Part shown: positions 13,101-26,203 of the stretch, in pieces
How positions within the stretch are numbered: position 1 is the first letter of the stretch
Layout of the letters: every line of letters starts with the position of its first letter
NCBI RefSeq assembly: GCF_035084215.1
Contig: NC_090340.1
Location: 3,720,001 to 3,784,000, forward strand
Length of the DNA: 64,000 bases
Source of the DNA: Heptranchias perlo
Taxonomy: Eukaryota
Direction of reading: 5' to 3'
Translations under genes and position numbers: made by a program
The notes under the pieces: model-generated
The model's database searches: none
The model's input: the letters and a program-made list of their open reading frames with translations, nothing else
What the model was told of the DNA's origin: nothing

Positions 13101-14429
13101 GCACTGAGAGCAAACTCGACCTCATTGTTTCACAGCAGAAAGCAATTTGAGTAGATGGTCACAGGAGTAGCAATTCATCTTCACCACCTGGATGTTAAGC
13201 ATCCGCCTGGGCGGAGAGCAGAAGGCAAAATCGGGCGGGATGTTTGCACGCACCTAACCAAACTCGCTGGATTTCCCTTCCATTCATTTCAGTGAAAGGA
13301 AAGTCTGGCTGATTCTGCTACTAGCATGCGACCACCCCACCAACACCGCCCCAACCCCACCCCCGCTCCCCGTATCACTATTTCTTTTCTGCGCTTCATC
13401 CTGGGGTAATTAACGCCCAGGTGGTAAAGATTAAAACTACTTGATAGAACATAACGGTACAGATACAAAGCCATTTAAGTTTCTCTTCACATAATAAACT
13501 TACCTCCTCAGCATGCACTTGCAATTAATTGTTTATAATTTGGTCACTTGAAGTTATACTAAGATTACAGCAATACGTAAAGATGTGATGCGTTCAGCGT
13601 GGTTGTGGCGAATGCGATCATACCAAATCGCAGAACAATAAATGGGTGGATGTATGCTGCCCCCTATTGGTCATTATTTGGAACTGGTAATATTTCCCAA
13701 ATACTTAATATTTTTAAAAACCGCAACAGATCAAAAATTTTATAATCGAGTACAATCGAAATGAATTAAAATAATAACATATTTTATACAGAATAGGATT
13801 TTATCCCGTTACAAGTAGCAATACATGGCTGAGGCTATGAACTCAAAGCAAGATTTTCGTGAGTAACAAATTATTATGCGTCGTTACATTTCTAACACTC
13901 CATAAGCGTGGTTCTATTTTTTTATATTTCCCTGTTTTTCAGTTCGATTTGTACGGAGAGTATTTTCCCTTCGCTCTTACTGCAGAGCCAGTAGCTCAAA
14001 TCAAGTGGCATGTTCCGTAAGGAATCTATAAAAGAACAAGAATTTCGCATGGGAAAATTTCCACATTCAAAATTAGCTGGCTACTTACATCAAGTCTCAT
14101 TTTCCGCCTATATAAGTGGATACGTTTTAATAGACAAGGTTGCAGTGACAATCGTTTTCACTATTTGCCATGTGTCACTCTACTAGCTAATTAGGTTACA
14201 TTATCATCAATCAACAGGTTCAGTTGTACAATCGTTGGTACATTTTCTGCATTTCTCCACAATTAAAGTTTTTTTTAAAGTGGTGGTTGTTTTACTTCTG
14301 CTGTAGTACATTTTATAAATAATCAGAACATAAACCTTGCATAATTTTGAAAGGCATTTTCACAGGATACACATATTACAGCATCAAACTTAATTATTGA
14401 GAGCTTTCCAGATTCAAATAAATGTGAAG

Positions 14430-15270
14430 ATATTTACAATGTTGTATCATTGTTACACAATGTCTCGCAATCGTCCACTTCCTCCAATAACTGTCCCATT
14501 CTCCCTTATCATTTTCCAAACCATTTCCATTCACTGCTTCCTTGAGAAATCTGTTCGCCGCACCGCTTATCGTAGTTACATCTAAACTGTCCATGCACGT
14601 TCTGTCTGCTAATCATAAGTATGTGCCCCCCTGTTCTGGACATCAGAAAAATTATCTCGCGGTTCAATTGATTTATTCTCTTCTGGATTTTGGGTATTTT
14701 CTCCCTGAAACTTCTCCTCTCCAGAATAAGAAATCATAGAGTGATGATTCTCTGCTCATAAACTTACTCGAGATTTCAAGAATACTCCTTCTGTATTGTT
14801 TCCGTGTCTGGATATCCTTGCCTTAATACGGGGAACACAACAACACACAGACATCCAGGTATGGCCGTACGAATGTGCGTAAAACCTCCTAGGATTTATG
14901 TTCTCTCCCGCTTACTGGACACCTCTATATCTAGTTAACTTTCCTTACTATCACCCCAACTGCGTTATTGTTTCCCATGAGCTTTACACTGATAGCACCA
15001 GATCCCTCTCCTGTTTGTTTGCTGTAACCAAGTGCTATTTGGTCCTAGTATCTAACATTTTCCCACAGTAAATATTATGTCCTACTCATATACTGACTTT
15101 CCCAAGCTACCCAGCTACATTTCTATTTGATTGACATTTTCCGTCCTTTCAATTCAACCTCAATTTGGTATCATCTGCTAAGCTGTACAGCTTTATTTAT
15201 GTACCGAGTTTCAAATAATTTATACGGTCTGTTATCGTTAATTGTCCTGGCGCTGATTACTATGGAACTC
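14430..15270 (-). mobile_element. Old, highly diverged CR1-type fragment
   Basis: Residual motifs aatttggtatcatctgctaa (reverse FADDTK), tatggaactcc (reverse GVP) and a 3'-tail-like region at ~14470-14560. Confidence 0.55.
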
Positions 15271-15586
15271 CATTAATATTGGCGTAGCTCAATTGAAAAC
15301 CGTTTTTTTTCTGCCTCTGGTTTCTGCAATTTTCAAGCCTATTGTTTTGATTGATTAAGGAACTGCTATTTTAAATAAAAATAAAAGTCCATCCAATGGT
15401 GATTTGTTAACAGCGGATCCACCAATGCAAGCGCAAAACATTAATGTATACTTTGTAGGCTGTGGTCAATTATTTTACACATTAACAGTCGGCATATCTG
15501 CTATCGCTTAATAACGATTCACCAACGCAGAATGAGCAGTTGGAAATTGAAGTAGGGATGGTTTGAAACAATAAATGATGCCTTAC

Positions 15587-15694
15587 CTACAAAAGAGGCT
15601 GTCATTAAAATGGTGGACAGCAAGGAAAGATCGCAACAGAATTATTAAGAAACCAAATGTTAACTTGGAAATCAAAGCAGTCTGTAATCGGAAC
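15587..15694 (-). pseudogene. Gene 1 putative transmembrane exon with intramembrane Lys
   Basis: ttttatag|gttcc…tgtag|gtaagg, 108 nt. With one restored base it reads GSDYRLLLISKLTFGFLIILLRSFLAVHHFNDSLFC, sharing LLIS and size with the gene 3 TM exon. Confidence 0.62.
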
Positions 15695-17794
15695 CTATAA
15701 AATATATCGATGCAGATTTATGGGGCTGTGCTTGTTATGGAATATTCTTGTCGTAAAATAAAGTCAATAATTGAGACAAAGAAAGAAGTGAGACAAATTA
15801 GTACTTCATTGCTACTATATGCATTTAATCAACAACTTTGAACTATGGAGAAATAAAAGTTTTACCGTAGGCTTGGAAACACTATTAAACAATATTGTTT
15901 GAGCTGTTCTTTAAATATTCAAACGGAGAGGCAGGAAACACATGAACTTTCTTCAACAGTGCCCGATCGCTGTTAATAAATAATTGCTCGAGAGGCAAAA
16001 TAGTCGGAGGAGATAATCTGAAATTGGTTAAAGAGTCCCTAATATATGTATGCCATTGATCGATATACTGCCTGCAGTAACACGTTGGTTTGGTTTAAAA
16101 GCCGATTTCATCTTTAACCTTACAGCGTCTTCGCGCCATATTCATCATCTGTGAATGTGCTATTCTCTGGGAAAAATCGTACCGTAGCCATTAAATTTCT
16201 TCTTTCTCTGCGTTTCACTAAAAACTACGAAGGATGTTGTTACCTAAATTAGATGTGGTGCTAAACTGTACCATTCCGATTCACTGTTTGTAGCGTTCTT
16301 CGTGATGCATTTTATTGAACACGGGCATTTTTTTTATACTGATATAGTTCTACTGTTGGGTTTTATTTTTACCCTCTGTGATACGTTAGTTGTTAACGAG
16401 CAACACATTTACTTTCTCGGGGAAACAAAAAGTGCAATAAATGTGACCTTTCCAGCAACACACGCATCGAATAAACATCAATTAAGGTTTCGTCAATTAG
16501 TCATTAATATTCCATATACGCCAGTACAGGAATATTTTATAATTTGTTTCAGACCATAAGAATGCGGAACGAAGGTTAAGAAAATAATTTTAAATATGTT
16601 CTTATAACAAGGCGTGACTCAGGTAAAAGTGTGCCATTTATCCTGGTCGATGTGCTTTTTGGGGGACATTTAACGAGATACCGCACTCGCCTATTATCAA
16701 AATGCTGCAAAATAAAATTGTTTATGTATTCAAAGCGCTAATAGAAACAGTTGGCATTTTTGTGCTGTACTATGAAAAAATATCAATTATAATGATCATT
16801 TATTGCACATTTGAAACGTATGCAAATAAAGAAATCATTTTTTTCTTTCTACAGCTCGAATGCATTGATTTAGAGCTGGATGAATAATCATATAAATAAG
16901 TGAGATGTATTTGGAAAAGGATGAATAGATGCCCTTCAATGACGGAATACCGCGTGATTGCAACATATGTAACGGATTCCATAACTACATTAATTGGAAA
17001 TAACTGCAACTGCTACAGTGTTAATACACATTCCTAAAATAAATATTACCTTTTTATTGAAATGTTGCTGTTTAAAGATAATTACAGCAGAGAAGGAATG
17101 TAATACAGAAAGAAAGAAAAGAAGGAAAATAAAGAAATCAAGTATGAATGCATAAATGTAGGCGCGCTCGAAATCCTAATTGGGCACATCTAGTTCACAC
17201 AAATAGCCAGATAATTTGTTTTTGGTGATGGTGATTGAAGAAGAAATCTTGGTCAGCACCGTGAAACAGTCTAATCTCTTAAATTCTCCCTGTTAATTTG
17301 CGATGCGCTTGGGTTAAGATCTGATCGTCAAGGCTTGAAATTTAGGCGAGGTTTCTTCCAATCAACTGAAACAACTTCGGTGAAAGATCGGCTGAACTCT
17401 CCGAAAGAACAGTATTGTTTCAGGGTTCCAGCGGCTCTTTTGACGATCTTAGGGCGGACGAACTGGAGAACGACCGTGCAATATGTGCTCGAATTGATAC
17501 TTTAAAGCACAGCAGGTTTAACGCAGAGAACATCATAGATTTTATATTTGTTTGCCTTGAATATATGATTCAAGCAATATCTGACTCCAGAATAGATGGA
17601 TGAGTCGCTGGCATGGATTCTGCTAATCTTTTTTTCCCACGGTTCCCCGTGGAAGCCATTCTGCCCTCAGCAACGGCGCCCTCCTAGAGAAGCGGAGATC
17701 AATTGGCCCCGCTGTAGACTGCGTAATATCACTTGTTGGCTCTTCACTCCCAAGCTAGGTGCCGTCCATTCAAACATAGTGCGATCAAAACCCG

Positions 17795-18245
17795 GGGATC
17801 TACATAGAATTACATTGAATTTCAAAGCACAGAAACTGGCCATTCGGCCCAAACGTTCTATGCCGCTGTTGATGCTCCACACGAGCCTCCTCCCACACTT
17901 CTTCATCTAACCCTAACACCATGTCCTTCGCTTCATTTCTCCAACATGTACCTATCTGGTTTCCCCGTAAATGCCTCGTGCTATTCGCCTCAACCGCTCC
18001 ATGTGGTAGCATATTGCACATTCTCACCAGTCTCAAAGAACAAAGTTTCTCCTGAATTCCTTAGTGGTTCTATCAGTGACAATATTATATTAATCGCCTC
18101 TAGTTTTGGACTCTCCCACAAGTGGAAATATCTTCTCCATACATACCCGATCGAAACTTTTCAAAATTTTAAAGAACTCCACCAGGTCACCTCTTAGTCT
18201 TCCCTTTTCTCGAGAAAAGAACCCCAGCCTGTTCAGTCTTTCCTA
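17795..18245 (-). mobile_element. CR1-type 3' fragment (in gene 1 C1-TM intron)
   Basis: Tail catagaattacattgaatttcaaagcacagaaactggccattcggccc; ORF 17800..18036 (VRMCNMLPHGAVEANS). Confidence 0.8.
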
Positions 18246-18976
18246 TGTTAGCGTTCCTCAGAACCATTGGTTAGTTTACCATTTTAAAATGTTAATTCTG
18301 GCATGAAATTCAGCGGAGTTTCTCCGAGCCTCCCGCCCTAACTCCGGTGGGACACCAGAAAGAAATTCCGCAAATAAATCTTTTCTCTGAGGGTTTCCCG
18401 GGTCTTCGGCTGAAGATCTAGTATGCTCCGTTGAATGTCAGAGATAGTCTTTTTTATTAACATTATGTAGTACATCCATTGAACTAAAATGAGACTAAAG
18501 AACATCAGATCGAGCAAATAAAGTCCATTGTGAATTACAAAGCAAAAATAGAATCACGTTCAAAACGACAATATCTGTTCTAACAGGATAGCTGCAACAC
18601 GAAAGTAACAGATGCAGGGCAGATGTTCTACCACAAGTGATTTTCATTAATGAATTATGGAAAAAAAAATATAATGGGATAAATTAATTTGGCATTGCAT
18701 TTCGTTTGTTTTATTTTACTGTGAACAATGGATAGAAAATTAATACGAGCTCAATCACTTGTGTTGCATATTACACTACAGTTTAGGTGAAGTATTTATT
18801 ATGAGCAAGAATGCAGCTTATCTTTCTGGTTTATAAACCAGTAAATAAAATCATCTGTAAATTACCACTGTCACTATAGGTCTTTCAGTAGTCGTGGCTG
18901 TATCGTATATTAATGACCAAACATAATTTTCACGGTTCGCACAGTTCTCTGTATCTGTAAAATGTTGACATCTTAC

Positions 18977-19262
18977 CTGGATTAGAACTGGAATCAAAGT
19001 AAATAGCAATAGCTGGACTCTGCAGAGTATATACAGCCCGCGCTGGGTAGTCTGTGCCGCTTTAAAACAACTGAAAGCTTCGTATATTCCCTCCCAATAC
19101 AGCATCTTAATGGTGTTCTCCCAGTCACAGTTTTCATGTGTTTTTCATATGAAGTAAAGGTGAGAAACTCCGGGTAGAATTCGACGGTTTCACATACGAA
19201 AGTCAAAGCAGATGAGTTCTCTTCAGCTATTTTCGGCACTATCCGTAACGGAGCTGGGGAAG
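18977..19262 (-). pseudogene. Gene 1 C1-set Ig domain exon (frameshifted, F-strand Cys deleted)
   Basis: ttctatag|…ccag|gtaaga. ASPAPLRIVPKIAEENSSALTFVCETVEFYPEFLTFTSY…TG/NTIKMLYWEGIYEAFSCFKAAQTTQRG/VYT[CxVxH missing]LQSPAIAIYFDSSSNP. Parts appear in ORFs 18994..19296 and 18851..19105. Confidence 0.9.
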
Positions 19263-19967
19263 CTATAGAACATGTTAGAGGGAAATTAGAACGCAATTAT
19301 ATTTTTGTTCCATGACTTTCAATTGGGGAGCACGACTTCAAACACGCCAAAAAATGATACATATAATGTAAAATGAGCCTTTGCTTTGCTTTAAAACGAC
19401 TTAAATATGCAAGAAAATATATAAGAATTTAATGGAATGAATATTTGGAATAGTTTTCAAAGTAGACGTAAAAACAACACAAATTATTCAAATCACACAT
19501 GGATGATGCGGTTGTGAAAGAGGTGAGCAGAGACTAAAGGAATTGTCTTTTATCCTTTCTTAAGTTTGAAATGTATTCGGAAGCAGTCTCTAAGACTCTT
19601 AAATAAACCTGGCAGAGATGTAGTTAAACTCGATTATATTTATAAACGTGAATTCCGTGTTATCTGAACGAGCCTTGGGTAACTGTTACTTATTACACTG
19701 GTAAAATTGTTTTCGACATTCAAAACAATATATGGCCGAATTGGCAATGCAAATACGTATACATAAAAGTAATGTAATATAATTAGTTCTATGAGTATAA
19801 TACGCCGCATTTTCGGGGTTCTGAAGCTCCTCTGCCGAAAGTCCGGCGGACGAACGAGAGGGACCCAATATTTACTACATAACAAATTTATAGGTCACGT
19901 CTCGTGACATGACTAGAAATTATTTGATTTTGTCACGGATATCTGCAATTGCACAATTGTCACTCAC

Positions 19968-20282
19968 CGTGCACAACAAGTCTCGACTCAATGCCGCAAT
20001 CCATCCGCCTTCCCTGGTAACTCACTCCACAGTAATAGACCCCGGAGTCCTCGACACGGGCAGATAGAAGCTGTAAGGAGAAGCTTAATTTGTTAAAGAT
20101 ACATTTAATTCTGCTGCTTGACCCCGATTGAATATATTTTTCTCAAAGTCTCCACCAATGAAGAGTCACGTCTGAATTATTTTCGAAAGATGGTAATGTG
20201 AAATTAAAAGCAACGTTTGCACCAGCGATCATATTCGTACATTCAGGGGTTTAGGATACTTTGGAGAGAGCATCAGCAACAA
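19968..20282 (-). pseudogene. Gene 1 V(J)-type Ig domain exon
   Basis: Acceptor ttttttttccctgaaag and donor g|gtgagt, 315 nt. VVADALSKVS*TPECTNMIAGANVAFNFTLPSFENNSDVTLHWWRL*EKYIQ…FSLQLLSARVEDSGVYYCGVSYQGRRMDCGIESRLVVH. Stops at 20253-20251 and 20145-20143; B-strand Cys position reads TTC. Confidence 0.92.
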
Positions 20283-20361
20283 CTTTCAGGGAAAAAAAAA
20301 TATTAATACCAGCGGCAGAAATGGTGAAGCACGGAAAATGAAAGAAAATAAACAAATATAC

Positions 20362-20416
20362 CAGTATGGATGATCCACAGCAACGGCGCGCACTGAAACA
20401 CATCTGTCAGCAACAT
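20362..20416 (-). pseudogene. Gene 1 leader (signal peptide) exon
   Basis: ATG at 20416, MLLTDVFQCAPLLWIIHT-G|gtatat. 55 nt, phase 1, same length as the gene 3 leader and sharing LWII. Confidence 0.8.
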
Positions 20417-21509
20417 GTCCAACAATGTAAGATGACCGCTTAGAGGGAAAACGTGTTGGAAACTTTGCAAGTATAAAAACGACAGTACCAGCTGTTAGCT
20501 GAATGTCATAAGCGCAGTCATTTCCGTTGCACCTGCAGATGGCGTCGAATTCAAAGCATAAATTGGAGCCACGTCTTAAAACAGCTGTTTTGCTTAATTA
20601 GCTAAGCAAAAACATTGGCCGTCTCCCACAAGTATAATGAAGCAGCGGTACAGAATGGACATCAGGTATCAAACTAACCTCATTATCAATTGAAGGTTAT
20701 TAACAACAAACATAACAATAGGCGATGACAATGACAAACCGTCGCCTTCTATTGTGCCACTTAGGTGCCTATGCTTTTCACTGAACATTGCATTTATTTT
20801 GATATGTGCAACAGAGTTCACTGCGTGTCATCAGCCTCCATTCTACCAAAGATTACATGGAAACCGAACTTTTTTTTTGCCAGTAGCCTCAATCTCTGTC
20901 CGTTCGATGACTGATCTGATAATATTGACGTTTGTTGTAACGTCTACGAACTGAAATTCTGTGGCACTGGCACCGATGTACCGCCGAGACCAGGATAGTG
21001 GTCTCCCCGGCGGAATCTCTAGGTCTGTAAGAATTATTTCCCTCTCTCTCGCCTGGGAACTCGGCCAACCACTTGAAGCATTCTCCACGGGAGTATTGAT
21101 AACAGGTAAAAACATGCCATGCTTTGGAACCTGCTCAACGCCAGCCGTAGATAATTAACGACCATACCGAATTATCTAAAACTCTCTGACCAAGGAAGAT
21201 GTTGTCGCTTCCTCACATAGAATACGTGCTGGAAAAGCATAGTTCAGGAAGTGCGCTACTATGGAGCTGGTGAAAGCTGTCCGAGATCACCAACCTACAA
21301 TAGTAAATTCAACGGCCGAGACAACTGCTGTGGGTCGCCAACCCCTTGTGTGCAAGGGTTAAACGCAATGTTCCCGTGCGGATATGCTGCAAAAGTGGTA
21401 CACAAGGAATGGCCAAATCTGTTCCTATTAATGGAAATGCGCCCTGATTAAGTCAACCTTTGATCAGAAGCGCTTTTGCCATGGTTCACAAATATACGTC
21501 ATCTGAATC

Positions 21510-22075
21510 ATCATAGAAAATTTACGGCACAGAAGGAGGCCATTCGGCCCATCGTGTCCGCGCCGGCCAAAAATGAGCCACCCAGCCGAATCCCACATTC
21601 CAAAAACTTGGTCCGTAGCCTTGTAGGTCACGGCATTTCAAGTGCACATCCAGATACTTTTTAAATGAGTTGAGGGTTTCCGCCATTAAAACCCTTTCCG
21701 GCAGTGAGTTCACTCTGGGTGAAAAAATCTACCCACAGCTCCACTCTAATCCTTCTACCAATCATTTGAAATCAATGCCCCCTGGTTAATTACGTCTCTG
21801 CTATGGGAAATAGGTCCCTCCTATCCACTCTATAGAGCTCCCTCGTAATTTTGTACTCCTCAATCAAATCATCCCTCTTTTCCAAAGAGAACAATCCCAG
21901 CCGATCCAATTTTCCCTCATAGTTAAAATTCTCCAGTCCTGGCCACATCCTCGTAAATCTCCTCTGTACCCTCTCTAGTGCAATTACATCCTTCCTGTAA
22001 TGTGGTGACTAGAATTCTACACAGTACTCAAGCTGTGCCCTAACCAGTGTTTTACACAATTCAAGCATAACCTCC
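21510..22075 (-). mobile_element. CR1-type 3' fragment
   Basis: ORF 21522..21713 (NSLPERVLMAETLNSFKKYLDVHLK); tail matches the 3' end at 42400-42486. Confidence 0.85.
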
Positions 22076-23436
22076 CAGCTCTGTCCAAAAAAATCGGTTT
22101 CTCATTTTACAAAATTGACAATAAAGAACCACAGTTCAAAAATACAACCAATCAGATAGTGGCAAAAAAATAATTTCAGTCGCCAAGAGAGTGACTCCAT
22201 TCCCCAACCCGCCCCCAAACCTCAATCCAATCGTTCTCCCTGCCTCGACCTGTGGCTCGAAGCCCCGATCCTTCGAGGTTCAGGCCTTTCTTTTCGCTCC
22301 GCACCGTTTTATTCCCTGTTTGCTACGTCACCGGTTCCTCAGGTTTCCAAGCCAAGGCATCGGTCTCCAGTCTACCTCCATGCCTAGACTCTAGTTTCAG
22401 GTTTCCTGCTACCTCTCAGTTCGAATTCCAGATTCCCCAAGGGTATTTTCAATCTTCAACTTTTAATTCTGCTGCAGATAGGCGGGTCCCGCCCCTCTCC
22501 CACGGAGAAACGGACATACATGGCAGATGATGGGGGGTGGCGGAGATCGGGACCATATCCGATTGACTTTAAGACCCAGCTCTCTATCGGCCCGTTTACA
22601 AAATGGAGTGAGCAATGACCAATGAGTTCAATCTTTTCCACTATTCGCGGGACCTGATCGAATCCGAAACACTTAAAAAGGGGAAATGATTCTTCTTAGT
22701 GATCAAGAAATTGTGATTTACTACATCACACAAATTATGAATGCCTGGAAATCTTTGGTCAAGATCAGCCTGAATTGCGTAACCCGGCTAAAAGTGCCTT
22801 CGGTTTCTTGTGGTCTTAATTGGCAGCCCATACCTATACTGAAAGCTTGCCTTCGAAAGTTTTACGGTTCAAGGGAGATAAATTAGTTCAAATGGTTAGA
22901 ATGTCAGCAGATATTATTTATGGTTAAATACTTAGATACTAAAGACAACAAAATGAAACCTGCGTTCATACATTGAAGGATACTGCTGTTTTGAAACAAT
23001 GCTCCTAAGCTTGGAAAATAAAATTAATTGTGTTTTTTTTCTACAGACTTTGAGGGTGTTTTAGTTGCAGCTAAATTTTAAAAGAGCAACGTGCATGACG
23101 ACACGCATTAGGCTGTGGTTACAATCTCGTTAGATTTCCTCAAGATGTGAAATTGCCGCACATAACCACTCAGGTTGGGAAAACGATGGACCGCAATGGA
23201 AAAAAAATGCAGAGAAGTCTTCCCATTTAGGGACAGTATGATTGACGTAATCTGGAATTTCATTTAACCCCAACACCTGGAGCATGTGCAGGTATGTCCG
23301 CTGATGACGAATTACTCACGTCGTGCAAGCCACATTATTAACTAGAGAATTACAGGTGGAGCGGCCCTCAGTAACATGCTATCACAGTGAATCTTCCGCC
23401 ATGTAACCCATATATAAATTGAACATTTTAATTACT

Positions 23437-23504
23437 GTTTAAGTACTGAATATGCCCTTCTCCTTGAACAGTTTAAGTACTGAATATGCCCTTCTCCTTG
23501 AACA
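23437..23504 (+). repeat. Perfect 34-bp direct tandem duplication
   Basis: gtttaagtactgaatatgcccttctccttgaaca x2 (23437-23470 and 23471-23504). Confidence 0.95.
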
Positions 23505-23702
23505 GTGAGATTTTAGTATACATCAGGTACTGTGATCATTAAAAAAGGAGGATGAAATGGATCAATAGAAGTTTCACTTAAGCCTCAGATAACTCTGTCT
23601 CTCAGACGAGTGTTTAGGAAATCTTAGGTGTAACCATATCAGTGTAATGTTAGTTGGCTCTGGATATCGCGTTGCCTCATAAAATGTTTTGGGTCATTAA
23701 AT

Positions 23703-26203
23703 ACCTCCCTTCCTCAGCTTATGAATCAGTCCTCCTCCATGTTGACACGACTTGGAGGGAGCACTGAGGGTAGCCAGGGCACAGGATGTACTCTGGGTGG
23801 AGGACTTCAATGTCCATCACTAAGAGTGGCTCGGTAGCACCACGACTGACTGAGCTGGCCGAGTCCTGAAGGGCATAGCTGCCAGACTGGGCCTTCGGTA
23901 GGTGGTGAGCGAACCAACTCGAGGGAAAACCCTACTTGAACTTGTCCTCACCAATCAACCTGTCGCAGATGCATCTGTCCATGACAGTATTGGTAGGAGT
24001 GACCACCGCACAGTCCTCGTGGAGACGAAGTCCCGTCTTCGCACTGTGGATACCATCCAATGTGTTGTGTGGCACTATTACCGTGCTAAATGGAATAGAT
24101 TGAGAACAGATTTGGCAGCTCAAAACTGGAAATCCATGAGGCACTGTGGGCCATCAGCAGCAGCAGAATTGTATTGCAGCACAATCTATAACCTCAAGGC
24201 TCGTCATATTCCTTTCTACACCATTACCAACAAGCCAGGGGATCAACCCTGGTTCAATGAGGATTGCAGAAGAGCATGCCAGAAGCAGCATCAGGCGTAC
24301 CAAAAAATGAGGTCCCAAACTGGTCAAGCAACAATTCAAGACTGCATGCATGCTAAACAGCGGAAGCAACATGCTATAGAGAGAGCTAAGCGATCTCACA
24401 GCCAACGGATCAGATCAAAGCTCTGCAGTTCTGCCACATCCAGTCGTGAATGGTAGTGGACAATTTAACAACTAACGGGAGGAGGAGGCTGTGTAAGCAT
24501 TCCCAACCTCAATGATGGCGGACTCCAGCACGTAAGTGCAAAAGACAAGGCTGAATCATTTGTAACCATCTTCATCCAAAAGTTTCGAGTGGATGATACA
24601 TCTCAACCTCTGACCGATATCCACACGATCACAGAAGCCAGTCTTCAGCCAATTAGATTCACTCCACGTGATATCAAGGAACGGCTGAATGCAATGAATA
24701 CAGCAAAAGCTATGCCCCCCGCCCCAACATCCCGGCTGTAGTGCTGAATATTTGTGCTCCGGAACTAGCCGCGCCTCTAGCCAAACTCTTCCAGTACTGC
24801 TACAATACTGGCATCTACCGAGAATGTGGAAAATTGTCCAGGTATGTCCTGTCCAGATAAAGCAGGACAAATCCAATCCGGCCAATTACTGCCCCATCAG
24901 TCTAATCTGAATCATCAGCAAAGTGATGGAAGGTGTCGTCGACAGTGCTATCAAGCGGCACTTACTCACCAATAACCTGCTCATCGATATTCCGTTTGGG
25001 TTCCGCCACGATACCTCGGCTCCAGACCTCATTACAACCTTGGTGCAAACATGGGCAAAAGAGCTAAATTCCAGAGGTGAGGTGAGAGTGACTGCCCTTG
25101 ACATCAATGTAGCATTTGACCGAGTGTGGCACCAAGGAAAACTGGTAAATTTGAAGTCAATGGGAATCAGCGGTAAAACTCCCCAGTGGGTGGAGTCATA
25201 CCTAGCACAAATGAAGATGTTAGTGGTTGATGGAGGCCAATCATCTCAGCCCCAGGACATTGCTGCAGGAGTTCCGCAGGTCAGTGTCCTGGGACCAACC
25301 ATCTTCAGCTACTTCATCAATGACCTTCCCTTCATCATAAGGTCAGAACTGAGGTTGTTCGCTGATGATTTCACTGTGTTCAGTTCCATTCACAAGCACT
25401 CAGATAATGAAATGGTCTATGCCCGCAAGCGGCAAGACCGGGACATTATCCAGGTCTGACTGATAAGTAGCAAATAACATTCGCGCCAGACAAGTGCCAG
25501 GCAATGACCATCTCTAACAAGAGAGTGTGTCACCACCTCCCCTTGCCTTTCAACGGCATTACCTCTGCAGCGAGTGACTCAACTCCTGACTCTCCAAAAC
25601 CTTTCCACCATCAAAAAGGCACAAGTCAGGAGTGTGATGGAATACTCTCCACTTGCCTGGATGAGTGCAGCTCCAACAACACTCAAGAAGCTCGACACCA
25701 TCCAGGAGAGAGCAGCCCACTTGCATGGCACCCCATCCACCACACTAAACATTCACTCCCTTCACGACCGGTGCACTATGCCTGCAGTGTGTATCATCCA
25801 TCCCAGCCACCACCCTAAACATTCACTCCCTTCACCACCGGTGCACTATGGCTGCAGTGTGTACCATCCACAGGATGCACTGCAACAACTCGATAGCACC
25901 TCCCAAACCCGCGACCTCTACCACCTAGAAGGATAAGGGCAGCAGGCACATGGGAACAACACCTCCTGCACGTTCCCTCCAAGTCACACACCATCCCGAC
26001 TTGGAAATATATCGCCGTTCCTTCATCGTTGCTGGGTCAAAGTCCTGGAACTCCCTTCTTAACAGCACTGTGGGAGAACCGTCACCACACGGACTGCAGC
26101 GCTTCAAGGAGGCGGCTCCCCACCACCTTCTCAATGGCAAATAGGGATGGGCAATATATGCTCGCCTAGCCAGCGATGCCCACATCCCATGAAAGGATAA
26201 AAA
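23703..26203 (+). mobile_element. Family A LINE (APE to 3' tail), decayed, with internal deletion at ~25567 and ~70-bp tandem duplication at ~25735-25870
   Basis: ORFs 23902..24456 (EPTRGK…SDH…PWFNE), 24923..25459 (RT: AFDRVWHQ, GVPQ, FADD) and 25574..25936. Tail gggatgggcaatatatgctcgcctagccagcgatgcccacatcccatg. Confidence 0.93.

Larger units (their letters stand above)
15587..20416 (-). pseudogene. Gene 1: non-rearranging V(J)-C1-TM immunoglobulin-superfamily receptor pseudogene, activating-type (Lys in TM)
   Basis: Four exon remnants with AG/GT borders: leader 20416-20362, V 20282-19968, C1 19262-18977, TM 15694-15587. Homologous in sequence, exon size and phase to gene 3; carries stops, frameshifts and loss of domain cysteines. 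Confidence 0.88.

Noticed and set aside
13504-13683. Minus-strand exon-like segment downstream of the gene 1 TM (strong gag|gtaagt donor, IVLRFGMIAF stretch)
   Set aside because: Poor acceptor, multiple stops and no homology to the other paralogs in the window.
20028-20034. CACAGTA heptamer-like sequence at the YYC of gene 1 V (and CACAGTC at the same position in gene 2)
   Set aside because: Explained by the Tyr-Cys-x codons. No convincing nonamer at 12 or 23 nt spacing, and the J-like strand is already in the exon, so there is no evidence of V(D)J recombination.
23437-23504. 34-bp direct repeats as a CRISPR-like array
   Set aside because: Only two adjacent units with no spacer, in a vertebrate genomic context; simple tandem duplication.
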